DNA of 64,000 nt from an uncultured Rhodopirellula sp. (GTDB lineage Bacteria > Planctomycetota > Planctomycetia > Pirellulales > Pirellulaceae), in NCBI GenBank assembly GCA_964007735.1, contig CAXGAI010000012.1, positions 1-64,000 on the forward strand, given 5' to 3'. The position numbers and the translations under genes were made by a program. Below the pieces are notes generated by a model that searched no databases, was not told where the DNA came from, and worked only from the letters and a program-made list of their open reading frames with translations. Below are positions 18,417 to 28,510 of this stretch, one piece after another. Within the stretch, counting starts at the first letter, position 1, and each line of letters opens with the position of its first letter.

Positions 18417-20474
18417 CTATTTCTGGAATAGTTGGGGGCTACTCAGGCTGGATCCATTAAGAGCAGGGACGGAAGCGCCTGCCGGAATAATCGGTCGCAG
18501 GAAATTGATAACATCAGCCTGTTGGCGAATGTCGTCGAATTTCACCGTCATCGCGCTGTGTGTCTTACGTTCGGATAAGTAACTAACTAGCTCATCACGG
18601 ACATCTTCGATTGATTCGACCACGGGCACCGTGTGCCCGGTACATCTCATGATGATGTATTTTCCACCGACAGCGACGATTCCCGAAAGCTCCCCTTTTT
18701 TCAGACGGAATGCCTCTTCTTCGACAATGGGTTGACCACCATGCTTACGAATCGGGGGTACTTTTCCCTGATTAGCGCGGGAAACAGGCTCGATCGAATA
18801 CTGTTCGGCTAGTTGGCCAAAGAAGTAGTCGTTGGAATTATTGTTGGCAAGATCCCATACCATATTGGCCTGCCGTTGCGTGTTGAGCACAATGGCCATG
18901 ACCTCCACACGTCGGCCATAGTTGGATTCAAAGCCACGTTGCAGGTCTTCTTCAGCGATTTTAGCATCTTCACTAACGAGTTTTTTTAAGGCGGCCGATG
19001 GCCAAACAACATCCTTGACATAAATGTCGACGGTGACATCATCTTTGCTTGTGACAGCCTTAAGCCATCCTTTGACGTCAGGTTGCCCTGAATCATCGAG
19101 ATAGCCACGTGAATCTGCGGCTCGTTTGATCTCGGCCAGAATATCTTGTTGGACGACTTCTTTGTTCTGAGCCGTCAAGGCCAGCGAAAGCAGTTTGCGG
19201 TTGATTTCACCTTCGAGCACGTCTATCCCGTACCTCGTAATACACTCTTCAGCCAATTCGCGAACGGTGATTTTCTGGCCGTTAAGGATTGCGACAACAC
19301 CTGGGTGAGATTCTTTCAGACTGGGATCTTCGTATACAGATTGAATTTTAGCTTCGGCTTGAAGTCGTTGGAATATACGACCCGCAGCGGCTTCCAAATT
19401 CTGTTCTCGAATCTTATCTCGCAATCGAGCTTCCGCATCCACTTTGAATTGAGGTGCGATGTAGGTCGAGGGGATTCTTTTTTCACACTTCATTAAAATG
19501 TACTGATTGGCAATTTTTACCAATTCCGAAATTTCACCTTCTTGGAGGCTAAAGGCCTCCGCCTCCAAGCTTGGGTCACCCACATGCTTGCCGATCGGTG
19601 GGATAAGCCCGCGAGCACTGGCGCTGGCCTGATCTTCCGAATGTTCTTTGGCTAGAGAGCCGAATTGTTCCGGTTCCGCTAAAGCCTGCTTGCGTAATTC
19701 TGTAATCGTGGTGAGGTCCGAGTGAGCGATGATGCGCACTTTGACTTTTGGGCCGAATTCGGATTCAAATGCCTTCGTCAATTGTTCAGGCGAAACTTCA
19801 ATTTCCCGCGAGGCAAGTTGTCGCAGGGCAAGATTGATCCACATGTGTTCATTGCGATATTGGTCCGGAGCGATATGACGTTCCTGTTGCAGCATTGTCA
19901 GCCACCGATCAACGGACATCCCAAATTTTTTGGCCATGCGTTCAATTTCACGATCCAGTTGTTCCTCACTGATAACGATTTGGTGTTTTTCACAAGCTTG
20001 TTTGATAAGCCGCTTGTTAAGGTAACCCTCGAGCGTTTCTTTGCCATAACGATCCAAACAAGCCTGAGCCAGTTCGTTACGAGAAATATTTTCGCCATTA
20101 ACCTGAGCAACGACTTTCAACTTTTTCGTTTCAGTAACAGAACTTGAAGTTCTCGCCGTAATGGCCGCCTGAGAGACTCGACTCGTAGTGGAGGAAGCTT
20201 TAGGTGCTGTCGGGGATTCCTCCGTTTTATTGGTCGTCAGCTTAGGCTCCGGCGTAGTACTTTGAACAGGAGCAGCCGTCTGCGGGGCACGGAATTGCGT
20301 TGGCTTTTGTTGCGCTTCAGCTTGTTCCGGAGCAGTCCAGTACAGTCTTGCAACGTAGGTAACGGCCAGTAATCCTATGGCAGTCATACTTAAAATGAAC
20401 TTTCGCAGTGAGCGAGATTGTTCCGTAAGCTTCAGTTTTTCTTCAGTACCCGTTTGGCTTTCCTTGCCACTCAT
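18417..20474 (-). CDS. PrsA/SurA-like foldase with two PpiC (parvulin) modules
   Basis: N-terminal TM anchor; duplicated VA.(V/L)NG..I...ELA..C..RYG...LEG..N..L and FG.LA...S......G..PPI..H modules. Confidence 0.82.
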   Translation of the reverse strand: MSGKESQTGTEEKLKLTEQSRSLRKFILSMTAIGLLAVTYVARLYWTAPEQAEAQQKPTQFRAPQTAAPVQSTTPEPKLTTNKTEESPTAPKASSTTSRVSQAAITARTSSSVTETKKLKVVAQVNGENISRNELAQACLDRYGKETLEGYLNKRLIKQACEKHQIVISEEQLDREIERMAKKFGMSVDRWLTMLQQERHIAPDQYRNEHMWINLALRQLASREIEVSPEQLTKAFESEFGPKVKVRIIAHSDLTTITELRKQALAEPEQFGSLAKEHSEDQASASARGLIPPIGKHVGDPSLEAEAFSLQEGEISELVKIANQYILMKCEKRIPSTYIAPQFKVDAEARLRDKIREQNLEAAAGRIFQRLQAEAKIQSVYEDPSLKESHPGVVAILNGQKITVRELAEECITRYGIDVLEGEINRKLLSLALTAQNKEVVQQDILAEIKRAADSRGYLDDSGQPDVKGWLKAVTSKDDVTVDIYVKDVVWPSAALKKLVSEDAKIAEEDLQRGFESNYGRRVEVMAIVLNTQRQANMVWDLANNNSNDYFFGQLAEQYSIEPVSRANQGKVPPIRKHGGQPIVEEEAFRLKKGELSGIVAVGGKYIIMRCTGHTVPVVESIEDVRDELVSYLSERKTHSAMTVKFDDIRQQADVINFLRPIIPAGASVPALNGSSLSSPQLFQK

Positions 20475-20606
20475 CGGATGCTCCTTAACCCATCAATTCC
20501 ATTTGATCGCTAAGGGACTACAATGGCCCCTCCACCCCGGAATTCCAAGCATTATCGGTGTTTCCTGCTCGGATCTAGGCGCGCAAACAGCCCCCCAGGT
20601 GCGATG

Positions 20607-20636
20607 AGTATAGAGGGTAATGGAAAAATGGGTCAA
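20607..20636 (-). promoter_or_regulatory. Sigma70-type promoter of the foldase gene
   Basis: Minus strand TTGACC-N18-TATACT. Confidence 0.6.
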
Positions 20637-20703
20637 GACAGCTTTCCCACTTCTTTGGAGTCAAAGTTTAGAGAAGTCTAAGCTTATCAACTGGTCGTCG
20701 GCA

Positions 20704-21702
20704 CTATGGGATGAGGATGATTTTACCGGCAATGGAGCCCTCTTTTCCAAGAGTGTTGTCCTCCTGAAGTTGATGCGCATTGGCTGCCTCTGAAAGAGGT
20801 AAAGTACGACTTATTTGAGATTTCAATGTACCATCAGCAAGCCATTGATTGATGTCATTTGCACAGGCCCTTAATTCATCGGCTGATGCCTTGAACATGA
20901 CAAAGCCAAAGAGTTGAAGACATTTGACATAGAATGGACCAACAGGAAATTCAGGACGAGCATCTCGGCCGGCCATGATCACAATGCGTCCGCGTTCTTT
21001 CATGACCGAGACAATCCCTTCGATATTGGGTTCTCGCAATGTTTCCCAAAAGACATCGACGCCTTCGGGAGCTGCTTTCAGTATGGCTTCCAACTCGTTC
21101 TCTGTTTTGTAGTTAATCACAGTGTCTGCACCTAACTCACGACATCTTACAGCTTTTTCATTGGAGCCTGCTGTGGCAATAACGCGAGCCCCCGCTCGTT
21201 TAGCCATCTGCAAGACCATCGCCCCAACGCCACCAGTACCACCATGCACAAAAATAGTCTCACCGGCCTGTATTTTGGCATCGCGGAATAGCCCTAAGTG
21301 TGCCGTGACTCCAACAAGAGAACACGCAGCCGCATCTTCGTCGGAAACGTCATCGGGAGTAGGGTAAAGCCACTCTTCATCAATACTGCAGTATTCGGCA
21401 AAGGTGCCCTGGCGACCAAGCAATCCCTGATTTGTTCCCCAAACGCGATCACCAACTTGAAAACGGGTCCCCTTTTCGCCTACAGCCTCGATAGTCCCGG
21501 CCAGGTCACAGCCGACCACAAACGGGTTTGGCAAGTCCCAATAATTTGCTCCGTTACGAATGTAAGTGTCGACGGGATTGAGCGAAACAGCACCGATTTT
21601 TACCAAAACCTGCCGGCCTGTTGCGACCGGTTTTTCAATGTCTCCGTATTGGATATTTTGGGATGGTCCACATTCGGTGATATAAGCGGCTTTCATCGTC
21701 AT
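20704..21702 (-). CDS. qor: NADPH:quinone reductase (zeta-crystallin/MDR family)
   Basis: NPVDTYIRNG, GCDLAG, FQVGDRV, HGGTGGVG, GKIIL. Confidence 0.9.
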   Translation of the reverse strand: MTMKAAYITECGPSQNIQYGDIEKPVATGRQVLVKIGAVSLNPVDTYIRNGANYWDLPNPFVVGCDLAGTIEAVGEKGTRFQVGDRVWGTNQGLLGRQGTFAEYCSIDEEWLYPTPDDVSDEDAAACSLVGVTAHLGLFRDAKIQAGETIFVHGGTGGVGAMVLQMAKRAGARVIATAGSNEKAVRCRELGADTVINYKTENELEAILKAAPEGVDVFWETLREPNIEGIVSVMKERGRIVIMAGRDARPEFPVGPFYVKCLQLFGFVMFKASADELRACANDINQWLADGTLKSQISRTLPLSEAANAHQLQEDNTLGKEGSIAGKIILIP

Positions 21703-21905
21703 TGGGTTACCTTCAGTATTGGCTAGGATTGTATTGATGGTTAGATAATAAAGTATTGTACAAAAGAAGAGTGTGCTCGTTTGATGGTTGCGGCTATGGT
21801 AGGTCTATTCGCTTTCGAATTGTCTTTTAAACTAGTTGTTTGATAAACAATGACTGTCGACGCATTCCATTTTTATTTATGAACAGCAGGAAGATTTGAC
21901 CCATT

Positions 21906-23726
21906 ATGACCTCTATTGATCTCCAACTACTGGTAGGTAGCGTTCGGCAAGCTGGGGCGGAAGGAAAGATTTCAGATTCAGCCGTCGTCAATTTGTGTCA
22001 CTGGATAACTTCTGCCGAGTATGACAAGTATTTGCCAGCCATAATTACGCATATCCAGAGTGAACGTTGGCAGGAATTAGACAATGCTTTTTGGAAAATT
22101 CTAGAATTCGGTACGGGGGGGCGACGTGGGCGAATGTATCCGTTTGGTTCTAATACGATCAATGAACGTACGATTGGTGAAAGTGCCCAGGGTTTGGCAA
22201 ATTACGTTCAATCTCAATTCGATTCCGAACCGTTGACGTGTGCAATTGCGTATGACACACGTCACCGATCAAGGGAGTTTGCTGAGCTTTGTAGCGGGAT
22301 CATGGTGGCTAACGGTTTTCATGTTTACATGCTAGATGATTACCGAGCGACGCCTCAATTGTCGTTCCTGATTCGTCAAAAACAATGCCACTGCGGGATC
22401 ATGGTGACAGCCAGCCATAATCCACCCTCGGACAATGCCGTGAAAGTGTACTGGTCGACAGGAGGGCAGATTTTACCGCCACACGATCAAGCGATCATTC
22501 AGCAAGTAATGGAAAATGTAAAAGAGATTAAAGCAGTAACGTTCGAAACGTCAGTTAATGAAGGTCATCTTTCTATTTGTACGGATGAGATCGATGATTC
22601 TTTCCAACAAACATTGCTGGCGTTAAGTCAGCCTGGGCCAAAAGAACTGAAGTTGGTTTATTCACCGTTGCACGGTGTTGGTGGCAAGGTAATCCCCGGT
22701 TTGCTAAAGGCAGCAGGCTTTGAAGATGTTGTGGTCTTTCCTGACCATGCTCAACCCGACCCGGATTTCACGAATGTGGCGGGACAAGTATCAAATCCGG
22801 AGAACTTCGAAGTCTACCAACCCATTATTGAATTCGCCCGGGAACGATCGGCGGATGTTGTCATTGTGACGGATCCGGACGCCGATCGACTGGGCTGCGC
22901 GGCACCTTTGAGTTTTAAAGACGATGCAGAATGGAAAGTTTTTAATGGTCATCAGTTGTGTGTGATGTTGGGCGCTTATCGATTAGAGTCACTTCAGCAA
23001 GCCGGGCAGCTTACCGATCAAAGCTTTCAGGTTACGACATTGGTAACTACGCGGATGCTCGAGCGAATAGGAGAGAGCTTTGGAGTATCGACTCGAGGAG
23101 ATTTGTTGGTCGGGTTTAAGTGGATTGCCGGAGCGATTGATGAGGGAGGTCCGGAACACTTTGTTTACGGAACCGAAGAATCTCATGGCTTCATGATTAG
23201 CGATTACTGTCGTGACAAAGATGGAGCCGTTGCCTCGATGCTATTGGCAGAATTAGCCGCGCGACTCAAAGCGGATGGTAGAACGCTGCACGATTTTCTC
23301 GATTCTTTGTACTGGCAGCACGGATACCATCTGGAAGATCTCCTTACAATCTATATGGAAGGCAGCGAAGGCATGGGGCGCATGATGCGTCTGATGGATT
23401 ATTTGAGAGCGACTATGCCCGTCAAGCTGGGAGGGTTAAAGGTACAAAGTAAGCGAGATTACTTGACGCATACGATTACTTTTTGTGATGGCCAAAAGAG
23501 TGAGTTGGTAGGGCCAACAGACAACTTAATCTTTTTTGATTTGGATCAGGAAGGAAGCTACATAGGTATTAGGCCATCGGGAACGGAACCCAAATTGAAG
23601 ATTTATCTGTTCACGTATGAACCTGCGGAAAATTTAGCGGATTTGAAACTAACACGTGAAGCAATGAGTATCACGTTGGCTGGTATAGAGTCTGATATCC
23701 GGAGGATTGTTGAGCAGATTGCCTGA
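21906..23726 (+). CDS. Phosphoglucomutase/phosphomannomutase
   Basis: FGTGGRRG, TASHNP phosphoserine loop, DPDADR metal loop, EESHG, RPSGTEPK. Confidence 0.95.
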   Translation: MTSIDLQLLVGSVRQAGAEGKISDSAVVNLCHWITSAEYDKYLPAIITHIQSERWQELDNAFWKILEFGTGGRRGRMYPFGSNTINERTIGESAQGLANYVQSQFDSEPLTCAIAYDTRHRSREFAELCSGIMVANGFHVYMLDDYRATPQLSFLIRQKQCHCGIMVTASHNPPSDNAVKVYWSTGGQILPPHDQAIIQQVMENVKEIKAVTFETSVNEGHLSICTDEIDDSFQQTLLALSQPGPKELKLVYSPLHGVGGKVIPGLLKAAGFEDVVVFPDHAQPDPDFTNVAGQVSNPENFEVYQPIIEFARERSADVVIVTDPDADRLGCAAPLSFKDDAEWKVFNGHQLCVMLGAYRLESLQQAGQLTDQSFQVTTLVTTRMLERIGESFGVSTRGDLLVGFKWIAGAIDEGGPEHFVYGTEESHGFMISDYCRDKDGAVASMLLAELAARLKADGRTLHDFLDSLYWQHGYHLEDLLTIYMEGSEGMGRMMRLMDYLRATMPVKLGGLKVQSKRDYLTHTITFCDGQKSELVGPTDNLIFFDLDQEGSYIGIRPSGTEPKLKIYLFTYEPAENLADLKLTREAMSITLAGIESDIRRIVEQIA

Positions 23727-23732
23727 AAGTGA

Positions 23733-25892
23733 CTAGTTACTAGTGTGGGTTAGATTGAAAAACAAAAATCCAACGAGTCGTACCAGCAAAACATAACCCA
23801 TCCAAACCAAAGCTCCGCCCAGCATTGCCTGGATTAAACTCTTGCCGGTTAAGAGGTTCATTCCTGTCACGTTGATGATTACCACGATTAACGCACAAAA
23901 CAAGAATTTGGTGAATAGATCCCCCTGATATTGAAGGCGCTTAGTAAATTCACTTGAAAGAGGGCGCATTACACTTCCTGAAGCCAGGATGTTCAGCACA
24001 AAGAAAGGAAAAAGAATAACAGAGATAATGGAACTCAAGATTGCTGGAAGGGATGATTCTGCGAAAATCAGATTAAGTATTGAAAATAAAATACCTGCCG
24101 GAATAAGAGCATAAATAATACCGCAAAACAAAATAAAGGCATCTGAAAAAGTATTCACGATGGAAAAGGCAGGCCAATAGGAGATGGACATGTCTCCTGC
24201 GCTAGTTTGCCGGAGAATATTCATCAGTGTTGGCAGTCCTGCAAGATTGACGAAGATAAACATCGTCAAAGCGGCAACGAATAAAAGGACTCCTCCCACG
24301 GCTTTGATGGAAGATGTGGGTGACTGGAGAGATTCCTGAATATCAAATTCTTCCACGACTTCGGTTTTAAATGCTGGTTTTTTGTCACGGGAAGCCGCTG
24401 TGTCAGAATTGGAATTACCCTTAAAGGTATTCAGCGACATGGAAAAAACAGCAGCTGTCAACGCGTAGCCGATGGTTAGCAATGTAATTCGAGCCAGAGT
24501 GGTTGGACTAGCAAACAATTGAGTAATTGAGTTTAGCCAGTGATTTTTATTTTCATTTAACGCTTGCTCCTGCTGAATCTTTTCGTCTTGTTGCTGCTGA
24601 GCTCGTTCAAGTATTTTTCGACTGGCGACATATTCATCACGCTGAATTTTATCCCTCATATCAGGGATTTCGCTTAGGACCTGTTTGGAAGTCGTCGGTG
24701 TTTGGGTGTTACTGAGTTCGTCGAGTTCATCACGGATCGCTCTTTTTATAGGTTCAGGCATTTTTGCCGGGGCAACGATCGTATGCATCTTATAACAGTC
24801 CGGGCAACTTTTCTGAGTGCCGATGTCTTCAGGAGTTGCCGTAATACCTGTCCCGCAGACATCGCACTCTATCTCCCATTCGACGAATGTTTTGTAAGTG
24901 GTTTCTTTCTTAGGGGTGGGTTGGTTTTTGGAAAGTACGGCGATTCGTGTTTTTCCGCCGATGAACTGATGTGAAGATTTGGCGACCCGTTCTGGTCTTG
25001 GAAGAGGGGTTCTTGGTTCAACTGTGACAGGTTGGTTGCATTTTTCACATTGCACGGTTTGTCCAATATCTTGTTGATAGACAATCAGTTGTGCTTGGCA
25101 GGCAGGGCAGAGAATTCCCCAGCGAATAACCAATTCATACTCGAATTCTGATGTTGCTTCGATCGTTTCGGCAGGGATGGTATTAATTGGCTGCCAGGGT
25201 TGAACTGGAATCGACGGAGCTTCTCCTACGGCTTCAAGTTCAACGATCTCTTCATCCTCTTCAGCCTGACTTTCGGAAAGTACAGGCTCTACGGGTATAG
25301 CCTGAATGGGAGACGGGGATGGAACTGTGGGTACAGGTTCGGGCTCTAAAGGAACGGGGAGTGGGATTTCCAGTGCGTCAGGGTTGCCGGTACTAGATTT
25401 TTCATTCTCTTTATCCTCTACCGTCTCAATTCCCGGAGCAAGGTTGAATTTATCTACATGATTAGCTGGCGAAGCCTGAGGCAATTGTGTGGTGTCCAAT
25501 TCAGATTTTGAACTGTTTTTTTGCGTCGTTCTAGTGGGATTTGATTTTTGTGTTACGAGGGAATTTGGGGACTCTAGCGTCGGGTTCTCGGTGTTAATGT
25601 CGGGGACAGGAACGGATTCGAGACATGTTTCACAAAGGATCTTTTGCCCGATTTGCTGCTGAGAGGCATAAAGTGTTTTGCTACAGAGCGGACAGGTCAC
25701 CATAATGGCGCCGGACTGCGTTTGATTGACCGATGTTTGCGGTCGCGAGGAGGCAGTATTGCCAACGGTCGATGGCAAACGCATCATTTTGCCGCATTCG
25801 CTGCAAGGTTGCCGATTTCCCGCAAATTCTGCAGGCAAGTGATGGTGAACACCACAATGCGGGCATTGAAAGTCGAGCATGTTTTCAGACAT
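23733..25892 (-). CDS. Membrane protein with four N-terminal zinc-ribbon modules
   Basis: Eight CxxC motifs in four pairs; Pro/Glu-rich linker; about 6-7 C-terminal TM helices; start chosen at MSENML. Confidence 0.75.
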   Translation of the reverse strand: MSENMLDFQCPHCGVHHHLPAEFAGNRQPCSECGKMMRLPSTVGNTASSRPQTSVNQTQSGAIMVTCPLCSKTLYASQQQIGQKILCETCLESVPVPDINTENPTLESPNSLVTQKSNPTRTTQKNSSKSELDTTQLPQASPANHVDKFNLAPGIETVEDKENEKSSTGNPDALEIPLPVPLEPEPVPTVPSPSPIQAIPVEPVLSESQAEEDEEIVELEAVGEAPSIPVQPWQPINTIPAETIEATSEFEYELVIRWGILCPACQAQLIVYQQDIGQTVQCEKCNQPVTVEPRTPLPRPERVAKSSHQFIGGKTRIAVLSKNQPTPKKETTYKTFVEWEIECDVCGTGITATPEDIGTQKSCPDCYKMHTIVAPAKMPEPIKRAIRDELDELSNTQTPTTSKQVLSEIPDMRDKIQRDEYVASRKILERAQQQQDEKIQQEQALNENKNHWLNSITQLFASPTTLARITLLTIGYALTAAVFSMSLNTFKGNSNSDTAASRDKKPAFKTEVVEEFDIQESLQSPTSSIKAVGGVLLFVAALTMFIFVNLAGLPTLMNILRQTSAGDMSISYWPAFSIVNTFSDAFILFCGIIYALIPAGILFSILNLIFAESSLPAILSSIISVILFPFFVLNILASGSVMRPLSSEFTKRLQYQGDLFTKFLFCALIVVIINVTGMNLLTGKSLIQAMLGGALVWMGYVLLVRLVGFLFFNLTHTSN

Positions 25893-25984
25893 GAGACATT
25901 TCCCCGCGGATAGAGTCAAACTAAGTTACTAATTCGCATGGCTTCCGGTTTTCGCAGCAAGCACAGTCATCGAGGCGTTTGATT

Positions 25985-26545
25985 CTAAGCATCTTCCATT
26001 ACTTCGGATTCTCTGATTTTTGCAGCATCGTTGACCTTATCTTCATAGTTGTTAGTCAACTTCTGAATTTCATCTTTGAGTGAATCCCGGTCGTCCTCGG
26101 TGAGACCTTTATCTTTTTCGCCCTGATCCGCGGCTTTGTTACCGTCACGACGTACATTGCGAATGGAGACTTTTGTCTCCTCGGCCAATTCTTTAATACG
26201 GGTGACCATCTTTTTACGGACTTCCCCAGAGAGAGCTGGAACGTTGATTCGAATCACACGTCCATCACCCTGAGGGTTGTATCCCAGATCACTAGCGACG
26301 ATGGCTTTTTCGATATCTTTGATCACACTTGGGTCGTAAGGGCGAATCACAATCTGTTGTGGTTCCGGGCAACCGACGTTGGCGAGTTGTTTGAGAGGAG
26401 TTTGTGAGCCGTAGCATTCGACTCTGATCGAGTCCACCAAGCCGGGGTTAGCCCGACCGGTTCGGATACCTGCGAGATTATTTCGCAGGTGCTCCAGGGC
26501 TTTGTCCATTCTCTCTTCGGTATCTAATAGTATTTCGTCGTACAT
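25985..26545 (-). CDS. frr: Ribosome recycling factor
   Basis: IRTGRANP, IRNVRRD motifs; downstream of pyrH. Confidence 0.97.
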   Translation of the reverse strand: MYDEILLDTEERMDKALEHLRNNLAGIRTGRANPGLVDSIRVECYGSQTPLKQLANVGCPEPQQIVIRPYDPSVIKDIEKAIVASDLGYNPQGDGRVIRINVPALSGEVRKKMVTRIKELAEETKVSIRNVRRDGNKAADQGEKDKGLTEDDRDSLKDEIQKLTNNYEDKVNDAAKIRESEVMEDA

Positions 26546-26629
26546 CGTATTTTTCGGCTATCTATCTATGTTTGAGTCTGTATGGATTCGGTACAACAAT
26601 TATCAGCGTTTCAAAGTGCCATGTAAAGT

Positions 26630-27367
26630 TTAACCAATATAAGTACCAAGCTTTTCCCCCTGAACGGCCCGTTCAATGTTTCCATTGACCTTGTAATTGA
26701 ATACCAGAATAGGCATTTTGTTTTCCATGCAGTGCGTAATTGCTGTGCTGTCCATGACCTGAAGCCCCTGATTACGCACTGTTTCAAAACTCAGTTCCGG
26801 ATAGAACACCGCATGTGGATTTTTTTCCGGATCCTCACTGTAAACGCCATCCACGCGAGTTGCTTTGAGGAGGATGTCTGCTTCGAGTTCGAGTGCTCGC
26901 TGAGCCGCGGCGGTATCGGTTGTTACAAACGGGCTTCCGATTCCAGCTGCTATGATGACGACCCGCCCCTTTTCTAAGTGTCTTTTCGCCCGACGGCGGA
27001 TGTAAGGTTCTGCCACTCCATCCATACGAATGGCAGACATCACCCGTGTTTGTGAACCCAATGATTCCAGGGCATCCTGCAGAGCTAGGGCATTAATGAC
27101 GGTAGCCAGCATCCCCATGTAGTGAGCCGTGGCTTCTTGAATACTAACATTTTTCTCTTTGAATTGAGCTCCACGCAGGATGTTACCGCCTCCACAGACG
27201 ATGGCAATTTCACATCCCAGTCGCCCGGCCTGACTGATTTGACGCGAGATTCCCGCTACTTCTTCCATATTGATTCCCCGTTCACCTGCTCGGGCGAGAC
27301 TTTCTCCGGAGAGTTTTAGAACGACACGTCTATATTTAGGCGAAAGGGTATTTTCTTGGTCTGACAT
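26630..27367 (-). CDS. pyrH: UMP kinase
   Basis: [37 protein letters not shown]. Confidence 0.97.
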   Translation of the reverse strand: MSDQENTLSPKYRRVVLKLSGESLARAGERGINMEEVAGISRQISQAGRLGCEIAIVCGGGNILRGAQFKEKNVSIQEATAHYMGMLATVINALALQDALESLGSQTRVMSAIRMDGVAEPYIRRRAKRHLEKGRVVIIAAGIGSPFVTTDTAAAQRALELEADILLKATRVDGVYSEDPEKNPHAVFYPELSFETVRNQGLQVMDSTAITHCMENKMPILVFNYKVNGNIERAVQGEKLGTYIG

Positions 27368-27433
27368 CCGTGGGGCCTTGTAACTTTATGGGAGATTGCG
27401 AATTCCGCTAGGGAACTATAAAAAGCTCATCGC

Positions 27434-27471
27434 AAAAAGTAAGCCCCGATTTTACTCGGGGCTTATTTTTT
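27434..27471. terminator. Intrinsic terminator between tsf and pyrH
   Basis: taagccccga-ttttac-tcggggctta perfect 10-bp stem flanked by A and T tracts. Confidence 0.8.
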
Positions 27472-27488
27472 GTGCGAACACTTATGAA

Positions 27489-28340
27489 TTATTCTTCAGA
27501 ATCTTCTGTATCATCGCCGAGTTCCCAGTGAACGAATTGCTTCAGAGTTAAACCCGTCGTCGCAGCATATTCTCCAACGGATTCTTTGTTCTCAGCCTTA
27601 ACGTATTCCTGAGAAGTCAAAACTCTTTCAGCAAAAAAGTTCCGCATGCGACCTTCGACCATCTTATCAACAATGTTCTCTGGTTTTCCTTCAGCTAAAG
27701 CCGCTTCTCGAAGGATGTTACGTTCGTTGTCAACAACATCGGATGGTAAATCTTCCGGACTTAGACCGGCAGGACGCATCGCAGCGATATGTTGGCTGAT
27801 ACCGCGCGCGGCTTCATCATCACTTCCGTCAGCGGCTAATAAGACTCCAGAAACCGTACCTGCGTTGTGACTGTATCCACCGCAGCCTCCCTCCAGGCGA
27901 ATCATTCTACCAATATTGAACACTTCGCGGATGCGATTGAACAAATCGTTCTTTACATCTCCAAGAGTTGCTTCTGGCTGACTTGGACTTCCCAGAGCTA
28001 ACAGGGAATCTGCATCTGAAATGCTTGGGTTATTAGCCAACACCTCAGCCAGATCGTTGGCGTACTGAATGAATTCTTCGTTGGTGGTGACAGGTGCACT
28101 TTCGCACTTAAGCTCCACCATGGCACCAGCGTCCTTATCCAGGCCAATATAAAGTCCAAAGCGACCAAAAGCGGTCGCCCTTCCGGCTCGTTTTTCGAAT
28201 ACCTGAGCACCCCGTTCGCGCAACCACTGCACGGCAGCTTCCTGGTCTCCATCGCATTCAGTAAGAGCCTTCTTGCAATCCATCATTGGAAGGCCGGTTT
28301 TTTCTCGAAGTTCTTTAACTGCGGCGGCAGTAACTGCCAT
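27489..28340 (-). CDS. tsf: Elongation factor Ts
   Basis: VKELREKTGLPMMDCKKAL; ELKCES; GKPENIVDKMVEGRM. Confidence 0.97.
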   Translation of the reverse strand: MAVTAAAVKELREKTGLPMMDCKKALTECDGDQEAAVQWLRERGAQVFEKRAGRATAFGRFGLYIGLDKDAGAMVELKCESAPVTTNEEFIQYANDLAEVLANNPSISDADSLLALGSPSQPEATLGDVKNDLFNRIREVFNIGRMIRLEGGCGGYSHNAGTVSGVLLAADGSDDEAARGISQHIAAMRPAGLSPEDLPSDVVDNERNILREAALAEGKPENIVDKMVEGRMRNFFAERVLTSQEYVKAENKESVGEYAATTGLTLKQFVHWELGDDTEDSEE

Positions 28341-28510
28341 GACAGATCTCCTTCAAAAGTAATTGGTAAACTTTGTGATTGTATTAAAAACTCCTGCTTA
28401 AATCGGTCATTTCACAAGACCGTTTGTTTTAAGAATTAAGCGGGAGTTGACGTAAGGTTTGCAAAAACTGGAACGAGTCTCCGATAAAGACACATCCCAT
28501 ATTTTGGAAA

